A model generated the notes under the pieces. The model did not search any database, was not told the DNA's origin, and saw nothing but the letters and a program-made list of their open reading frames with translations. The translations under genes were made by a program, and so were the position numbers. Shown here one piece after another: positions 26,148-35,441 of a stretch of 56,268 nt of DNA (position 1 is its first letter; each line of letters starts with the position of its first letter). This stretch comes from an uncultured Parabacteroides sp. (GTDB taxonomy: Bacteria > Bacteroidota > Bacteroidia > Bacteroidales > Tannerellaceae): contig CAMGEM010000001.1 of NCBI GenBank assembly GCA_946055095.1, positions 1 to 56,268 on the forward strand. Direction: 5' to 3'.

Positions 26148-26819
26148 TTAGTGCTTGAAGGGAAGGAGATAGGTGAGTTTAGCGGTGATCACTTGATTGG
26201 CGGATTTAGAGAAGGTATCCCCTTTATGACTGTTATAGATGTTGCTGAGCGACAGGTTGAAACGTCCCTCCAACAGGAAATAACCAATCGCTGTACGCAG
26301 CTCGATGCCAGGGCCGCCACAGAGTCCCCAATCGAACTGCTTTTGGATAGGCAACTCATGTTGCGTGTCGGGACGGTTCGGACTGGGGTTGGTCCCATTC
26401 AAGTTGGAGTCCGTGCTTTCGCTCAAGGCGAATCCAATACGGGGTCCCATGTTGAAGAACCCACGGAAACGATCACTCCCGAAATAGATATGTGTCAGAA
26501 AAGGGATCTCCACATAATTGATGGTACGGCTGTAATGGTACTCGGGCGCTTGATCATACTTTTCCGTCCAACCTTGCTGGATGAAGTTGGCCTCTAATTG
26601 CAGACCTAAATGCGGCTCCGTGATCCAACGAATCGTACCTCCACCAGTGAGCCCCATCTGCATCTTCGTGAGCACACGTGGCGAGAAACTCACGCTGGAG
26701 AGGCTGACACCCGCGGAGACGCCCGCTACCCATTCCCGTTGAAAGCTACTCTGCCCCCAGGCCAACAAGGGGCAGCACAGCCCTATCCAAAATAGTTTGT
26801 TTATCCTTCTCATCGTCAT
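26148..26819 (-). CDS. Outer membrane beta-barrel (PorT/porin family) protein
   Basis: Signal peptide, alternating amphipathic strands, 'NYVEIPFL', 'GPRIG', terminal aromatic-rich strand. Confidence 0.8.
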   Translation of the reverse strand: MTMRRINKLFWIGLCCPLLAWGQSSFQREWVAGVSAGVSLSSVSFSPRVLTKMQMGLTGGGTIRWITEPHLGLQLEANFIQQGWTEKYDQAPEYHYSRTINYVEIPFLTHIYFGSDRFRGFFNMGPRIGFALSESTDSNLNGTNPSPNRPDTQHELPIQKQFDWGLCGGPGIELRTAIGYFLLEGRFNLSLSNIYNSHKGDTFSKSANQVITAKLTYLLPFKH

Positions 26820-26834
26820 CCTTCTTTCGCCGGG

Positions 26835-28613
26835 TTATCTGATCTCGGTACGTGTCACGGTGAAATCGCTCTGATAGTGAACGATAAAGATATTGGTGTT
26901 GATGAAACCACCCCAATTATTCACCCGATGGAAATCGAAGCCGCTCTGGATGCTCTTGTAGTGAATCTTGTCGAGATTCGCCTCGAAGTTAGCACCATAT
27001 CGACGGATCGCATTCAAGAAGAACATACCGGTATCGAAGCCCAGGATGCCATATTTCGGGAAGGTGTTGATCAGTGACTTGCTATACCAATGCTTGAAGT
27101 TGTGATAGAACTGGTGCACCTCCGGCGAGAGGTTATCCGCATAGAAGTTGCTGTAAATGTAGGTGTTCAACGCATAGAAGTCTTCTAAGCACTCACGGGC
27201 ATAGGTTTGCCACTCCGGATACCCAAAAAGATTGATCTGATAGGGCAACTTTTCCTCCTCAACCAACTCCGCCAACATGCGCAACGGGGCCTTGATCTTA
27301 TTGACGGCATCGAGCGAAGCGGAGGTAGGCAACACGATGTTGCGTTTGTCTGGTGAGAGCAGTGCCTCCACATCGGTGGCGAAGGTCTCATGGTTGTAGT
27401 TCAGCTCCTTGTAGGCAATGTGTTGCTCTTGCATCTCTGCCTTGAAGGCCTTGATAAACTCTTTCTTCTCCTCTTTATCCGGAATATTTACCAAGATAAT
27501 ATTATCCTCCTTGAACAGGCCACAACCCGCCTCTGCCGCTTTGGAGTAGAGGTAGGAGTGAGGGGTGTTCACCTGATAGACCTGTGCGTTCGAGAGCACA
27601 TCGTCGTTTTTCGAGGTAAAGGGGATGATGTATTTGATCTTGTGCTGTTGCGCGAAATCGGCGATCAAACCGATCTGGTCATTCTGCACGGCACCGATAA
27701 TCAGGTTCGCCTCGGTCAACGCATCCTCCTTTAAGTATTGCTTCACCTTTTCCGTGCCTTTGCCTGTATCATAGACAGATAACTCTACCGATACACCCTG
27801 CTTGCGCATACTGTCCACAGCCAGCAGCAAGCCCTCATAATACTCCACGAAACGGGCAGAGGCTGCTGATTGGGGCTGTTCACCCGCCATGAAGGGCAGG
27901 AGCAGGGCCATCTTGATGCGTTTCACCCGGTCGATGTCTTTGGGCGTGTTCAGCAGTGCGTTCACCTCATGCTCGGAAGGTTGCGCCACGGCTTCCATGA
28001 TGGTCTCCTCGCTGGTCACAGGGATGCGGATCACCATACCCGCCCTTACGCCATTGCGCAACTCCGGGTTCAGACGGGTCAGCTCCACACTGGAGACATT
28101 AAACTTTCGGCAGATGCGATAGAGCGTCTCCTTGCGTTCCACCGTATAATTCATGGTTTTCTCCACCGTCTTTGTCTCTGTTTGCGGCAAGCGCTCAGCG
28201 GGTGTCTGAGGGATCCGAATAGTCCGGCCTTTTTGGAACGTCGAGGCGGAGAGGCCAGGATTGGCGGCTACGATGTCCTTTGCCGGCACGTTGTAGCGTA
28301 TAGAGAGCGCATAGAGCGTCTCCTTGCTTTGGATGGTATGATAGGTGTAGGGATCCTCCTTCCCGGAAGAGGTAGTCGAGGAGGTTCGCTGTGGGATGCG
28401 CAAGGTAGCTCCCGCCTTGATACCCTCTTCACTGCCAGGGTTCAACCGATAGATGTCATCCACACTCACGCCATACATCGTAGCGATGGCATAGACGGTC
28501 TGTCCACGTTCGATCGTGTGCTGAAATTGCTCGTCGCCCGACTGTTGTCCGTAACTCACTCCAAAGGGAAGACCTAACAAGCAGGTCAATGCGAATATCC
28601 TGATTCTCTTCAT
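26835..28613 (-). CDS. Secreted protein with 3 LysM domains and a periplasmic-binding-protein-like C-terminal domain
   Basis: Signal peptide from ATG 28613; three LysM repeats (HTIERGQTVY, HTIQSKETLY, YTVERKETLY...LNP); 'ALLLPF...EYYEG.LLA.D...YDT' and 'GFDTG'. Confidence 0.85.
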   Translation of the reverse strand: MKRIRIFALTCLLGLPFGVSYGQQSGDEQFQHTIERGQTVYAIATMYGVSVDDIYRLNPGSEEGIKAGATLRIPQRTSSTTSSGKEDPYTYHTIQSKETLYALSIRYNVPAKDIVAANPGLSASTFQKGRTIRIPQTPAERLPQTETKTVEKTMNYTVERKETLYRICRKFNVSSVELTRLNPELRNGVRAGMVIRIPVTSEETIMEAVAQPSEHEVNALLNTPKDIDRVKRIKMALLLPFMAGEQPQSAASARFVEYYEGLLLAVDSMRKQGVSVELSVYDTGKGTEKVKQYLKEDALTEANLIIGAVQNDQIGLIADFAQQHKIKYIIPFTSKNDDVLSNAQVYQVNTPHSYLYSKAAEAGCGLFKEDNIILVNIPDKEEKKEFIKAFKAEMQEQHIAYKELNYNHETFATDVEALLSPDKRNIVLPTSASLDAVNKIKAPLRMLAELVEEEKLPYQINLFGYPEWQTYARECLEDFYALNTYIYSNFYADNLSPEVHQFYHNFKHWYSKSLINTFPKYGILGFDTGMFFLNAIRRYGANFEANLDKIHYKSIQSGFDFHRVNNWGGFINTNIFIVHYQSDFTVTRTEIR

Positions 28614-28646
28614 TGCTTTGTTCAAAACCATTTCTAATACGAGTTG

Positions 28647-28685
28647 CAAAGATAGTGCAAAATTCAAAAGGAAACCGTATCTTCG
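28647..28685. promoter_or_regulatory. Divergent -7 elements for the LysM gene and the M16 peptidase
   Basis: Minus strand TATCTTTG (28647-28654) and plus strand TATCTTCG (28678-28685). Confidence 0.6.
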
Positions 28686-28715
28686 CGTTTGAATCATTCA
28701 CTCTTCACGAGGTTC

Positions 28716-31556
28716 ATGAGGTCACAGTTTTCAAAATCAGCATTTCTACAGGTAAAGGAACATCAATTGCACAATGAGCTGACCGTTTGGCTCAATGAAG
28801 ATCATAGCCAACCCAAGATCTTTGGGGCGGTGGTAGTCAAGGCTGGTGCCCGAGATTGCCCCAATACCGGCATCGCGCATTACTTTGAGCACATGATGTT
28901 TAAGGGGACGGATAAGATCGGCACGACCGATTACAAGGCGGAGAAGATCTTGCTGGATAACATCGCTGATAAATATGATATACTGGCAGAGACGGAGGAT
29001 CCCGAACAACGTGCGCAGCTGCAAAAGGTGATCAACGACCTGAGCGTGCGTGCGGCGGAGTATGTGATCCCGAATGAGTTTGACCGGTTGATCTCTCGTT
29101 ATGGGGGCACCAAGCTGAATGCCGGAACCTCCTACGACTACACGCTTTATTTCAATACGTTTTCTTCACAGTATATCGCCCAATGGGCGGAGATCAACAG
29201 CGAGCGGCTGATGAATCCGGTGTTTCGGCTCTTTCAGAGTGAGTTGGAGACGGTGTATGAGGAGAAGAACATGTATGGCGATGCGATGGCGAGCATGGCG
29301 ATCGAGAAGATTACCGAACGCTATTTCTATCCCCATCCCTATGCCTATCCGATCATCGGCAGCGCGGAGAACTTGAAGAATCCCCGCCTTTCGGAGATGC
29401 GTCGCTTTTTCGAGAAGTATTATGTGGCCTCTAACATGGGCCTGATCCTGAGTGGTGATTTCCACTCGGAGGAGGTACTGCCTATCTTGGACGCTACCTT
29501 TGGACGACTGCGTACGGGCAATCCGCCCCGGCGGGAGGTGGTGGCTCTACCGCCTTTCCAAGGGAAGGAGAAGGTGAAGGTACGGATTCCGATGACCTTC
29601 GTGAAAATCTTGGCGATGGGTTTCCGTGGCGTGCCTGCCAACCATCCGGATCAGGTGGCGCTGAATGTCGCTGTCTCGCTGTTGAACAACAGCAACGGTA
29701 CCGGCTTTCTCGACAAACTCACCGTGGAACATAAGGTGATGGGGGCGATGGCCATCAACCAGAGCATGAACGAGGCGGGGATCTTGGGGCTGTTGGTGTT
29801 TCCTAAATTCCTTTTTCAGAGCTATGGAGCGGCGGAGAAGTTGGTTTGGCAACAGATCCGACGGGTGCAACAGGGCGATTTCAGCGAGGAGACCTTTCGC
29901 AGCCTGAAGTTAGAGCAGAAGCGGGAATATGCCTCTAAGTTGGAGGACATCCATTCGCGTGCCGAGGTGATGATGCGTATCTTCTCGCAGGGGAAAAGCT
30001 GGCAGGATTACTTGGACGAGGTGAAACGGATTGATGCCCTGACCCGGGCAGACGTGATTGCCGTGGCGAAAAAGTATTTCACGGAGAACTACCTGTATGT
30101 GACCAAGGAGACCGGCCGTTATCCGAAACAGGCACTGCCCAAGCCCAACTATGCGCCGATCATCCCGAAGAACGCGGATGCCTCGTCCGACTACGTGAAG
30201 CAGCTGGAGCGCATCCCGGCTCGTGAGACGACCCCTCACTTCCTGGATTTTGAGCAGGATGTATATCGGGAATCACTCACACCGTGGGTCACGCTGTATG
30301 TGACCCCGAACAGTGTCAATGATATTTTCTCTCTGACGCTCAGCCACGGTGTCGGGAAATTGGAACGGAAGGAGTTGGAGAAGTTGGCGGCTTACCTGCC
30401 TTTGGTGGCGACCGAGTCGTTGTCGTTCGAGGCGTTCCGCAGCAAGTTGCAGGAGTTGGGAAGCACCCTGCTTTTCGATGTGACCGATACGGACTTCCGT
30501 ATCCTGCTGAATGGATTCGACGCGCATTTGACGGAGACAGTGGCCCTGTTGGGCGATTTCCTGCGACATGCCAAGCCCGACGAGAAGAAGCTACACCAGC
30601 TGATTGACGAGGAGAAAGTGGCGGAGAAGAGCCTGTTCCATTCGAGTGAGAATGTGGCGGAGATGCTGTTGGAGAAGGTGATGTATGGCGATGCCTCTCG
30701 CTATCTGACCAAATTGTCGTTGGGCGAGGTGAAGAAATTGAAGGGAAAGCAGTTGATCCGCTGCTTCCAGGAGATCCGACGGACAGCGTGTGATGTGCAT
30801 TATTGCGGCTCTCTGCCCGAGCAGGAGGTCGTGAAAGCGATTCGCCAACACCTGCCGATCGAGGAGGTCACGGTGCCATCCAACTGGTTCTATAACCGAT
30901 CGCTGCGGCATTATGAGCGACCCACGATCTACCTGATGGAGATGAAAGAGTTGACGCAGAGCGTGATCTACGCCTATATGTATGTAGATCCGTTGAGCGA
31001 TCAGCGGGAATTTCATTTGGCACGTCTGTTCAACAGCTATTTTGGCGGGGATATGTCGTCGCTCATGTTTCAGGAGATCCGGGAGTTTCGTTCGTATGCC
31101 TACCAAGTGAGTGCCCGGTTGAAACACCCGCCACTCAACCATGTGGAGCAACCGGCCAGCTTCGTGATGCGCTTGGCTACACAAGCGGATAAGACCGCCG
31201 ACGCGATGGAGGTGCTGGAGAGTCTGGTGCGTGACATGCCGCAGCGTCCCGAACGGGTGGAGAGCGTGAAACGGACCATCCGCAACTGGGTGAACAACGA
31301 GTACCCCTCCAGTCGCTCGCTCTCCTTGAAGATCGCCAAGTTCCTGCACGAAGGGTATCAGAGCGATCCGAACAAAGACTATGTGGAGATGATCGGGCCG
31401 ATACGGATGGAGGAGATCATGGATTTCTACGAGCGGCACATACAGAATGGCCAGTTGGTGTATGCCATTGTGGGTAACAGCAAACAGATGGATCTAAACC
31501 GGTTGGCTCGTTTTGGCGAAATCATCAAAGTGAAAAAGAAAGACATTTACCGATAA
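28716..31556 (+). CDS. M16 family (insulinase/pitrilysin-like) zinc peptidase
   Basis: GIAHYFEHMMFKGT (HxxEH), NAGTS.D.T.Y, VYEE, HPY..PIIG, FQEIRE. Confidence 0.9.
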   Translation: MRSQFSKSAFLQVKEHQLHNELTVWLNEDHSQPKIFGAVVVKAGARDCPNTGIAHYFEHMMFKGTDKIGTTDYKAEKILLDNIADKYDILAETEDPEQRAQLQKVINDLSVRAAEYVIPNEFDRLISRYGGTKLNAGTSYDYTLYFNTFSSQYIAQWAEINSERLMNPVFRLFQSELETVYEEKNMYGDAMASMAIEKITERYFYPHPYAYPIIGSAENLKNPRLSEMRRFFEKYYVASNMGLILSGDFHSEEVLPILDATFGRLRTGNPPRREVVALPPFQGKEKVKVRIPMTFVKILAMGFRGVPANHPDQVALNVAVSLLNNSNGTGFLDKLTVEHKVMGAMAINQSMNEAGILGLLVFPKFLFQSYGAAEKLVWQQIRRVQQGDFSEETFRSLKLEQKREYASKLEDIHSRAEVMMRIFSQGKSWQDYLDEVKRIDALTRADVIAVAKKYFTENYLYVTKETGRYPKQALPKPNYAPIIPKNADASSDYVKQLERIPARETTPHFLDFEQDVYRESLTPWVTLYVTPNSVNDIFSLTLSHGVGKLERKELEKLAAYLPLVATESLSFEAFRSKLQELGSTLLFDVTDTDFRILLNGFDAHLTETVALLGDFLRHAKPDEKKLHQLIDEEKVAEKSLFHSSENVAEMLLEKVMYGDASRYLTKLSLGEVKKLKGKQLIRCFQEIRRTACDVHYCGSLPEQEVVKAIRQHLPIEEVTVPSNWFYNRSLRHYERPTIYLMEMKELTQSVIYAYMYVDPLSDQREFHLARLFNSYFGGDMSSLMFQEIREFRSYAYQVSARLKHPPLNHVEQPASFVMRLATQADKTADAMEVLESLVRDMPQRPERVESVKRTIRNWVNNEYPSSRSLSLKIAKFLHEGYQSDPNKDYVEMIGPIRMEEIMDFYERHIQNGQLVYAIVGNSKQMDLNRLARFGEIIKVKKKDIYR

Positions 31557-32011
31557 TGTATAGCAAAGAGGAACTGAAGAGATTGAAGCTGGAGTTTTGG
31601 GAGAGTTTCGCGGCCTTCTGCGAGGTGCAGCCTTATCTCCGTCGCCGGCGTAAGATCTGGACATTATATAATACCAAGGTAAAAGGCGTGGAGCTGAAGT
31701 TTGATGCCAACCGGCAAGGGGCCTATGTGATCTTGGAGGTCAATCATCGCAACGAGAGCGATCGCTTGGAGATGTTTGAGCGGCTCTCCTGGTATAAGGA
31801 GACACTCGAACGAGATTTCCCCGAGGGGTTGATCTGGGACATCTGCTTCGTCCGGGAGAATGGGGAGCAGGTGGCTCGTATCTACACCGCCCGGGAGGGA
31901 TTGGATCTGCATCGACGGTCGGATTGGGGCGAGCTGTTCAACTTCATGGCTCAACAGATGTATCTCTTGGAACGCAACTTCATGGAGATCGCCGAATACC
32001 TAAGAGACTGA
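31556..32011 (+). CDS. DUF4268-like conserved protein
   Basis: 'MYSKEE...LK.EFWE.F', 'W.LYNTK.KGVELKFD'; TAATG coupling to the M16 gene. Confidence 0.7.
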   Translation: MYSKEELKRLKLEFWESFAAFCEVQPYLRRRRKIWTLYNTKVKGVELKFDANRQGAYVILEVNHRNESDRLEMFERLSWYKETLERDFPEGLIWDICFVRENGEQVARIYTAREGLDLHRRSDWGELFNFMAQQMYLLERNFMEIAEYLRD

Positions 32012-32030
32012 ATAACTTATCATCATTATT

Positions 32031-34556
32031 ATGAAATGGAAAATAGGCATGGGGACTTGCCTGATGATCGGGCTGATGGCCTGTCAATCTCCCCAAAACG
32101 AACCATCCAAACTGACCGAAGAGGGCGTTAGCTTGGAGTTAGCCCAATTTCGGAAAGCGCATTTCAGTGCGGTCCACTATCAACTCTTTTTCTCGATTCC
32201 CGCCGAGCGACAGCAACCGGTAGAGGGAGAGGTGGAGATCCGTTTCCAGACGGAGCAGCCACAGCCTTTGATCCTCGACTTCCGGGCAGAGCCGGAGCAG
32301 GTGAAGCAGGTGGAGCTGAACGGTCAATCGGTGGCCTATACCGTGCAAGCCGAGCACATCGTGATTGCCAAGGAGCATATCTCCGCCGGGGAGAACCGGG
32401 TGCGGGTACATTTTACCCCGGCCGATCAATCGCTTAACCGTCGAGAGGAGTTTCTCTATACCTTGTTGGTGCCTGATCGGGCACGGACGTTGTTCCCCTG
32501 TTTCGACCAACCCAACCTCAAGGCACTCTTTACATTGACGTTAGAGGTGCCTGCGGCTTGGCAAGCGGTGGCGAATGGCGCAGTGGATCGGGTAGATAGT
32601 CTCTCCGTGCCGGGCAAGCACCTGATTCAGTTCCATCAGACAGAGCCGTTGAGCACCTATCTCTTCTCTTTCGTAGCGGGCGAATTGCAGAAGGAGCAGT
32701 TTGAACGGGAGGGGAGAACCATCGCCATCTATCACCGGGAGACCGACCCGCAGAAGGTGGCACAATGCCCCGCTATCGCCGACGAGGTGTTTGACGCGTT
32801 GGCTTGGCAAGCTGATTTCACGGGGTTGGACTATCCCTTCATGAAATATGACCTGATCATCCTGCCCGGATTCCAATATGGCGGTATGGAGCATACAGGA
32901 GCTACGCTGTATGCGGATCGGCGTATGTTCCTCGATGCGCATCCGACACTCAACGAGCGGTTGGGACGCAGTGCCTTGATCGCCCACGAGACCTCGCACA
33001 TGTGGTTTGGCGATTATGTCACGATGGCTTGGTTCAACGACGTATGGACCAAGGAGGTCTTTGCCAACTATTTCGCCTCTCGCATCGTAGAGCCGCAATA
33101 CCCGGCCGTGAACCACCGACTGAATTTCATCCGTGACTACCTACCTGCCGCTTATGCGGAGGATCGTACGTTGGGAGCCAATCCCATCCAGCAATCGTTA
33201 GACAACCTGCGCAATGCGGGATTGGTGTATGGCGGCATTATCTACGACAAGTCGCCGGTCGTCATGGAGATGCTGGTGCGTGTCTTGGGCGAGGAGGCTT
33301 TCCGAGAGGGGATTCGGGAATATATCAAAAGTTTCCCCTATGGCAATGCGACTTGGGATGAGCTGATTGAGATCTTGGATCGTTATACGGAGGCTGATCT
33401 GCGCAGCTGGAGCCAAGCTTGGGTAGGAGAGAAGGGTATGCCAGAGCTGACAGCCACGATCGAAGGCGATGAGTTAGTCGTGCGTCAACAAGACGCTTGG
33501 GGAAGAGGCTTGATCTGGCCGCAACAGTTGGCTTATCAGCTATATAGCCACGGTAAGACGCAGTTGGTAACGCTCAATAGCGATGCTGCGGAGGTACGTG
33601 TGAAACTGGAGCATCTACCGACTGACGCATGGATCTTGCCAAATGTGGATGGCAGAGGCTATGGCTTTTTCCGCTTGGATGAGCCGACAGCAGCCACTTG
33701 CTGGGAGGTGTTGCGCACAAGCACCGACGAGGTGCTTAGAGGCTCATTACTCATTACCCTGTTTGAGAACCTGCGCCGTCAAGCGATTGATCCCAAGGCA
33801 TTTCGATCCGCATTGTTGGCTTATCTGCCTCAAGAGCCGAATGCGTTGCTGTTCTCGATGGCTTTAGGCTATTTAGGCAATTGCCAGGCTCTGTTTCCCG
33901 CTGATGCGGCTCCCGTGGAAGAGGCACTGTGGCAGATGGTTACGACCGCAGAGGAGCCGTCACGCCGTTTGCAAGCGTTCCGTTTGTATCGGAATGTGGT
34001 GGAGTCAACAGCAGGCAAAGCGCGACTCTATACCATCTGGGAACAAGCGCAAGCACCCAAGGGCTGTTATCTGAGCGAAAGTGACTATATCTCTTTATCT
34101 TATCGGTTGGCTATCTTAATGCCGGAACAGGCTGATCAGATCGTCGCCAAGCAACTGGCACGGATCGAGAATAGCGATCGACGCAAAGAATACCGTTTCA
34201 TCTCACCAGCGGTATCACCGAATAAAGCCGTGCGCGACAGCGTGTTCCAGTCGTTGTTAATCGCAGAGAACCGACGTGTGGAACCTTGGGCCGCATCGGC
34301 ATTGTCGTTGTTGAACGATGCGAAACGAGAAAAGGAATCCATCGGTTACATCCGGCCAGCGATCGAGATCCTGCAAGAGGTGCAACGAACCGGCGATATT
34401 TTCTTTCCGACCAATTGGATGCGTGCTTTGTTGGCGGGACATCATTCCGAGGAAGCACGAAACGAGGTGGATCGTTTCTTCGCCGACCATCCGGATTACT
34501 CGCCGATGCTGTCCAACAAGATCAAGCAACAGGCCGATCATCTTTACCTGAAGTAA
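32031..34556 (+). CDS. M1 family aminopeptidase lipoprotein
   Basis: Lipobox LMAC; ARTLFPCFDQP, GGMEH, HETSH.WFG...KE zinc motif, YDK. Confidence 0.92.
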   Translation: MKWKIGMGTCLMIGLMACQSPQNEPSKLTEEGVSLELAQFRKAHFSAVHYQLFFSIPAERQQPVEGEVEIRFQTEQPQPLILDFRAEPEQVKQVELNGQSVAYTVQAEHIVIAKEHISAGENRVRVHFTPADQSLNRREEFLYTLLVPDRARTLFPCFDQPNLKALFTLTLEVPAAWQAVANGAVDRVDSLSVPGKHLIQFHQTEPLSTYLFSFVAGELQKEQFEREGRTIAIYHRETDPQKVAQCPAIADEVFDALAWQADFTGLDYPFMKYDLIILPGFQYGGMEHTGATLYADRRMFLDAHPTLNERLGRSALIAHETSHMWFGDYVTMAWFNDVWTKEVFANYFASRIVEPQYPAVNHRLNFIRDYLPAAYAEDRTLGANPIQQSLDNLRNAGLVYGGIIYDKSPVVMEMLVRVLGEEAFREGIREYIKSFPYGNATWDELIEILDRYTEADLRSWSQAWVGEKGMPELTATIEGDELVVRQQDAWGRGLIWPQQLAYQLYSHGKTQLVTLNSDAAEVRVKLEHLPTDAWILPNVDGRGYGFFRLDEPTAATCWEVLRTSTDEVLRGSLLITLFENLRRQAIDPKAFRSALLAYLPQEPNALLFSMALGYLGNCQALFPADAAPVEEALWQMVTTAEEPSRRLQAFRLYRNVVESTAGKARLYTIWEQAQAPKGCYLSESDYISLSYRLAILMPEQADQIVAKQLARIENSDRRKEYRFISPAVSPNKAVRDSVFQSLLIAENRRVEPWAASALSLLNDAKREKESIGYIRPAIEILQEVQRTGDIFFPTNWMRALLAGHHSEEARNEVDRFFADHPDYSPMLSNKIKQQADHLYLK

Positions 34557-34604
34557 TAGTATAATCACGATTATGTTTAATAGGGTTCGTGGGGTGATAC
34601 CCTA

Positions 34605-34623
34605 TGTAACCGAATTGTAACCG
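34605..34623 (+). promoter_or_regulatory. Tandem direct repeat, candidate OmpR/PhoB-type binding box
   Basis: TGTAACCG at 34605 and 34616 (11-bp period), upstream of the response regulator. Confidence 0.55.
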
Positions 34624-34709
34624 TTATTTCATCGTAAAGAAACAAGAAAAGACGATCTTTGCCCCAACGATAGTAAGGCTACCGATTCGTGAAATAGTAA
34701 CAAAGAGAA

Positions 34710-35420
34710 ATGAAAGATATGGAAACGACAAAAAGCATGGCGCGTATCTTAGTGGTCGATGACGAGGAAGATCTGTGCGAGATCTTGCGCTTCAATTTAG
34801 AGACTGAAGGCTACGCAGTGGATACCGCATGTAGTGCTGAGGAAGCGCTCCAGATGGATCTGGCACCCTACGACCTCTTCTTGCTGGATGTGATGATGGG
34901 CGAAATTTCGGGTTTCAAGATGGCTCGCCTGTTGCGACAAGAGCCTCAGACAGCCGCTACCCCCATCATTTTTCTGACAGCGAAAGATACGGAGAACGAT
35001 TTACTGACGGGTTTCAATCTGGGCGCGGACGATTATATCTCCAAGCCCTTCTCCATTCGGCAAGTCATCGCTCGTGTCAAGGCGGTTCTTCGGCGGACAA
35101 AAGCCGCTGCCAACAAGGATGAAGCGGATGATCAACTCGCTTTTGAGACACTGCTGTTAGACACTCGACGCATCAGGGCGACCATTGACGGCCAAGAGGT
35201 TCCGCTCACCAAGAAGGAGTTCGAGATCCTTCGACTGCTGTTGGAGAACCGTGGGAATGTCTTTTCACGGGAAGAGATCCTCGCCCATGTCTGGAAAGAT
35301 GAGGTCTATGTGTTGGATCGAACCATTGATGTCAACATCACACGCCTGCGCAAGAAAATCGGTCGCTATGGCAAGAACATTGTCACCCGATTGGGCTTTG
35401 GCTATTGCTTTGATTGCTAA
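34710..35420 (+). CDS. OmpR/PhoB family response regulator (RprY-like)
   Basis: VVDDE, LLDVMM, FLTAK, GADDYISKPF; winged helix 'RTIDV.ITRLRKK', 'TRLGFGY'. Confidence 0.93.
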   Translation: MKDMETTKSMARILVVDDEEDLCEILRFNLETEGYAVDTACSAEEALQMDLAPYDLFLLDVMMGEISGFKMARLLRQEPQTAATPIIFLTAKDTENDLLTGFNLGADDYISKPFSIRQVIARVKAVLRRTKAAANKDEADDQLAFETLLLDTRRIRATIDGQEVPLTKKEFEILRLLLENRGNVFSREEILAHVWKDEVYVLDRTIDVNITRLRKKIGRYGKNIVTRLGFGYCFDC

Positions 35421-35441
35421 TTTTCAGAAAAATAAGGGGAT

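Noticed and set aside
25922-26597. ORFs 25922-26140 (-) and 26133-26597 (+), and 1092-1508 (-), which run through the repeat elements
   Set aside because: They overlap well-supported genes, and their peptides just reflect the repeat DNA. A 22-bp period is not a multiple of 3, so it is not a coding repeat.
28119-28327. 17-bp direct repeat ATAGAGCGTCTCCTTGC at 28119 and 28311
   Set aside because: Explained by the KETLY motif shared by two LysM domains.
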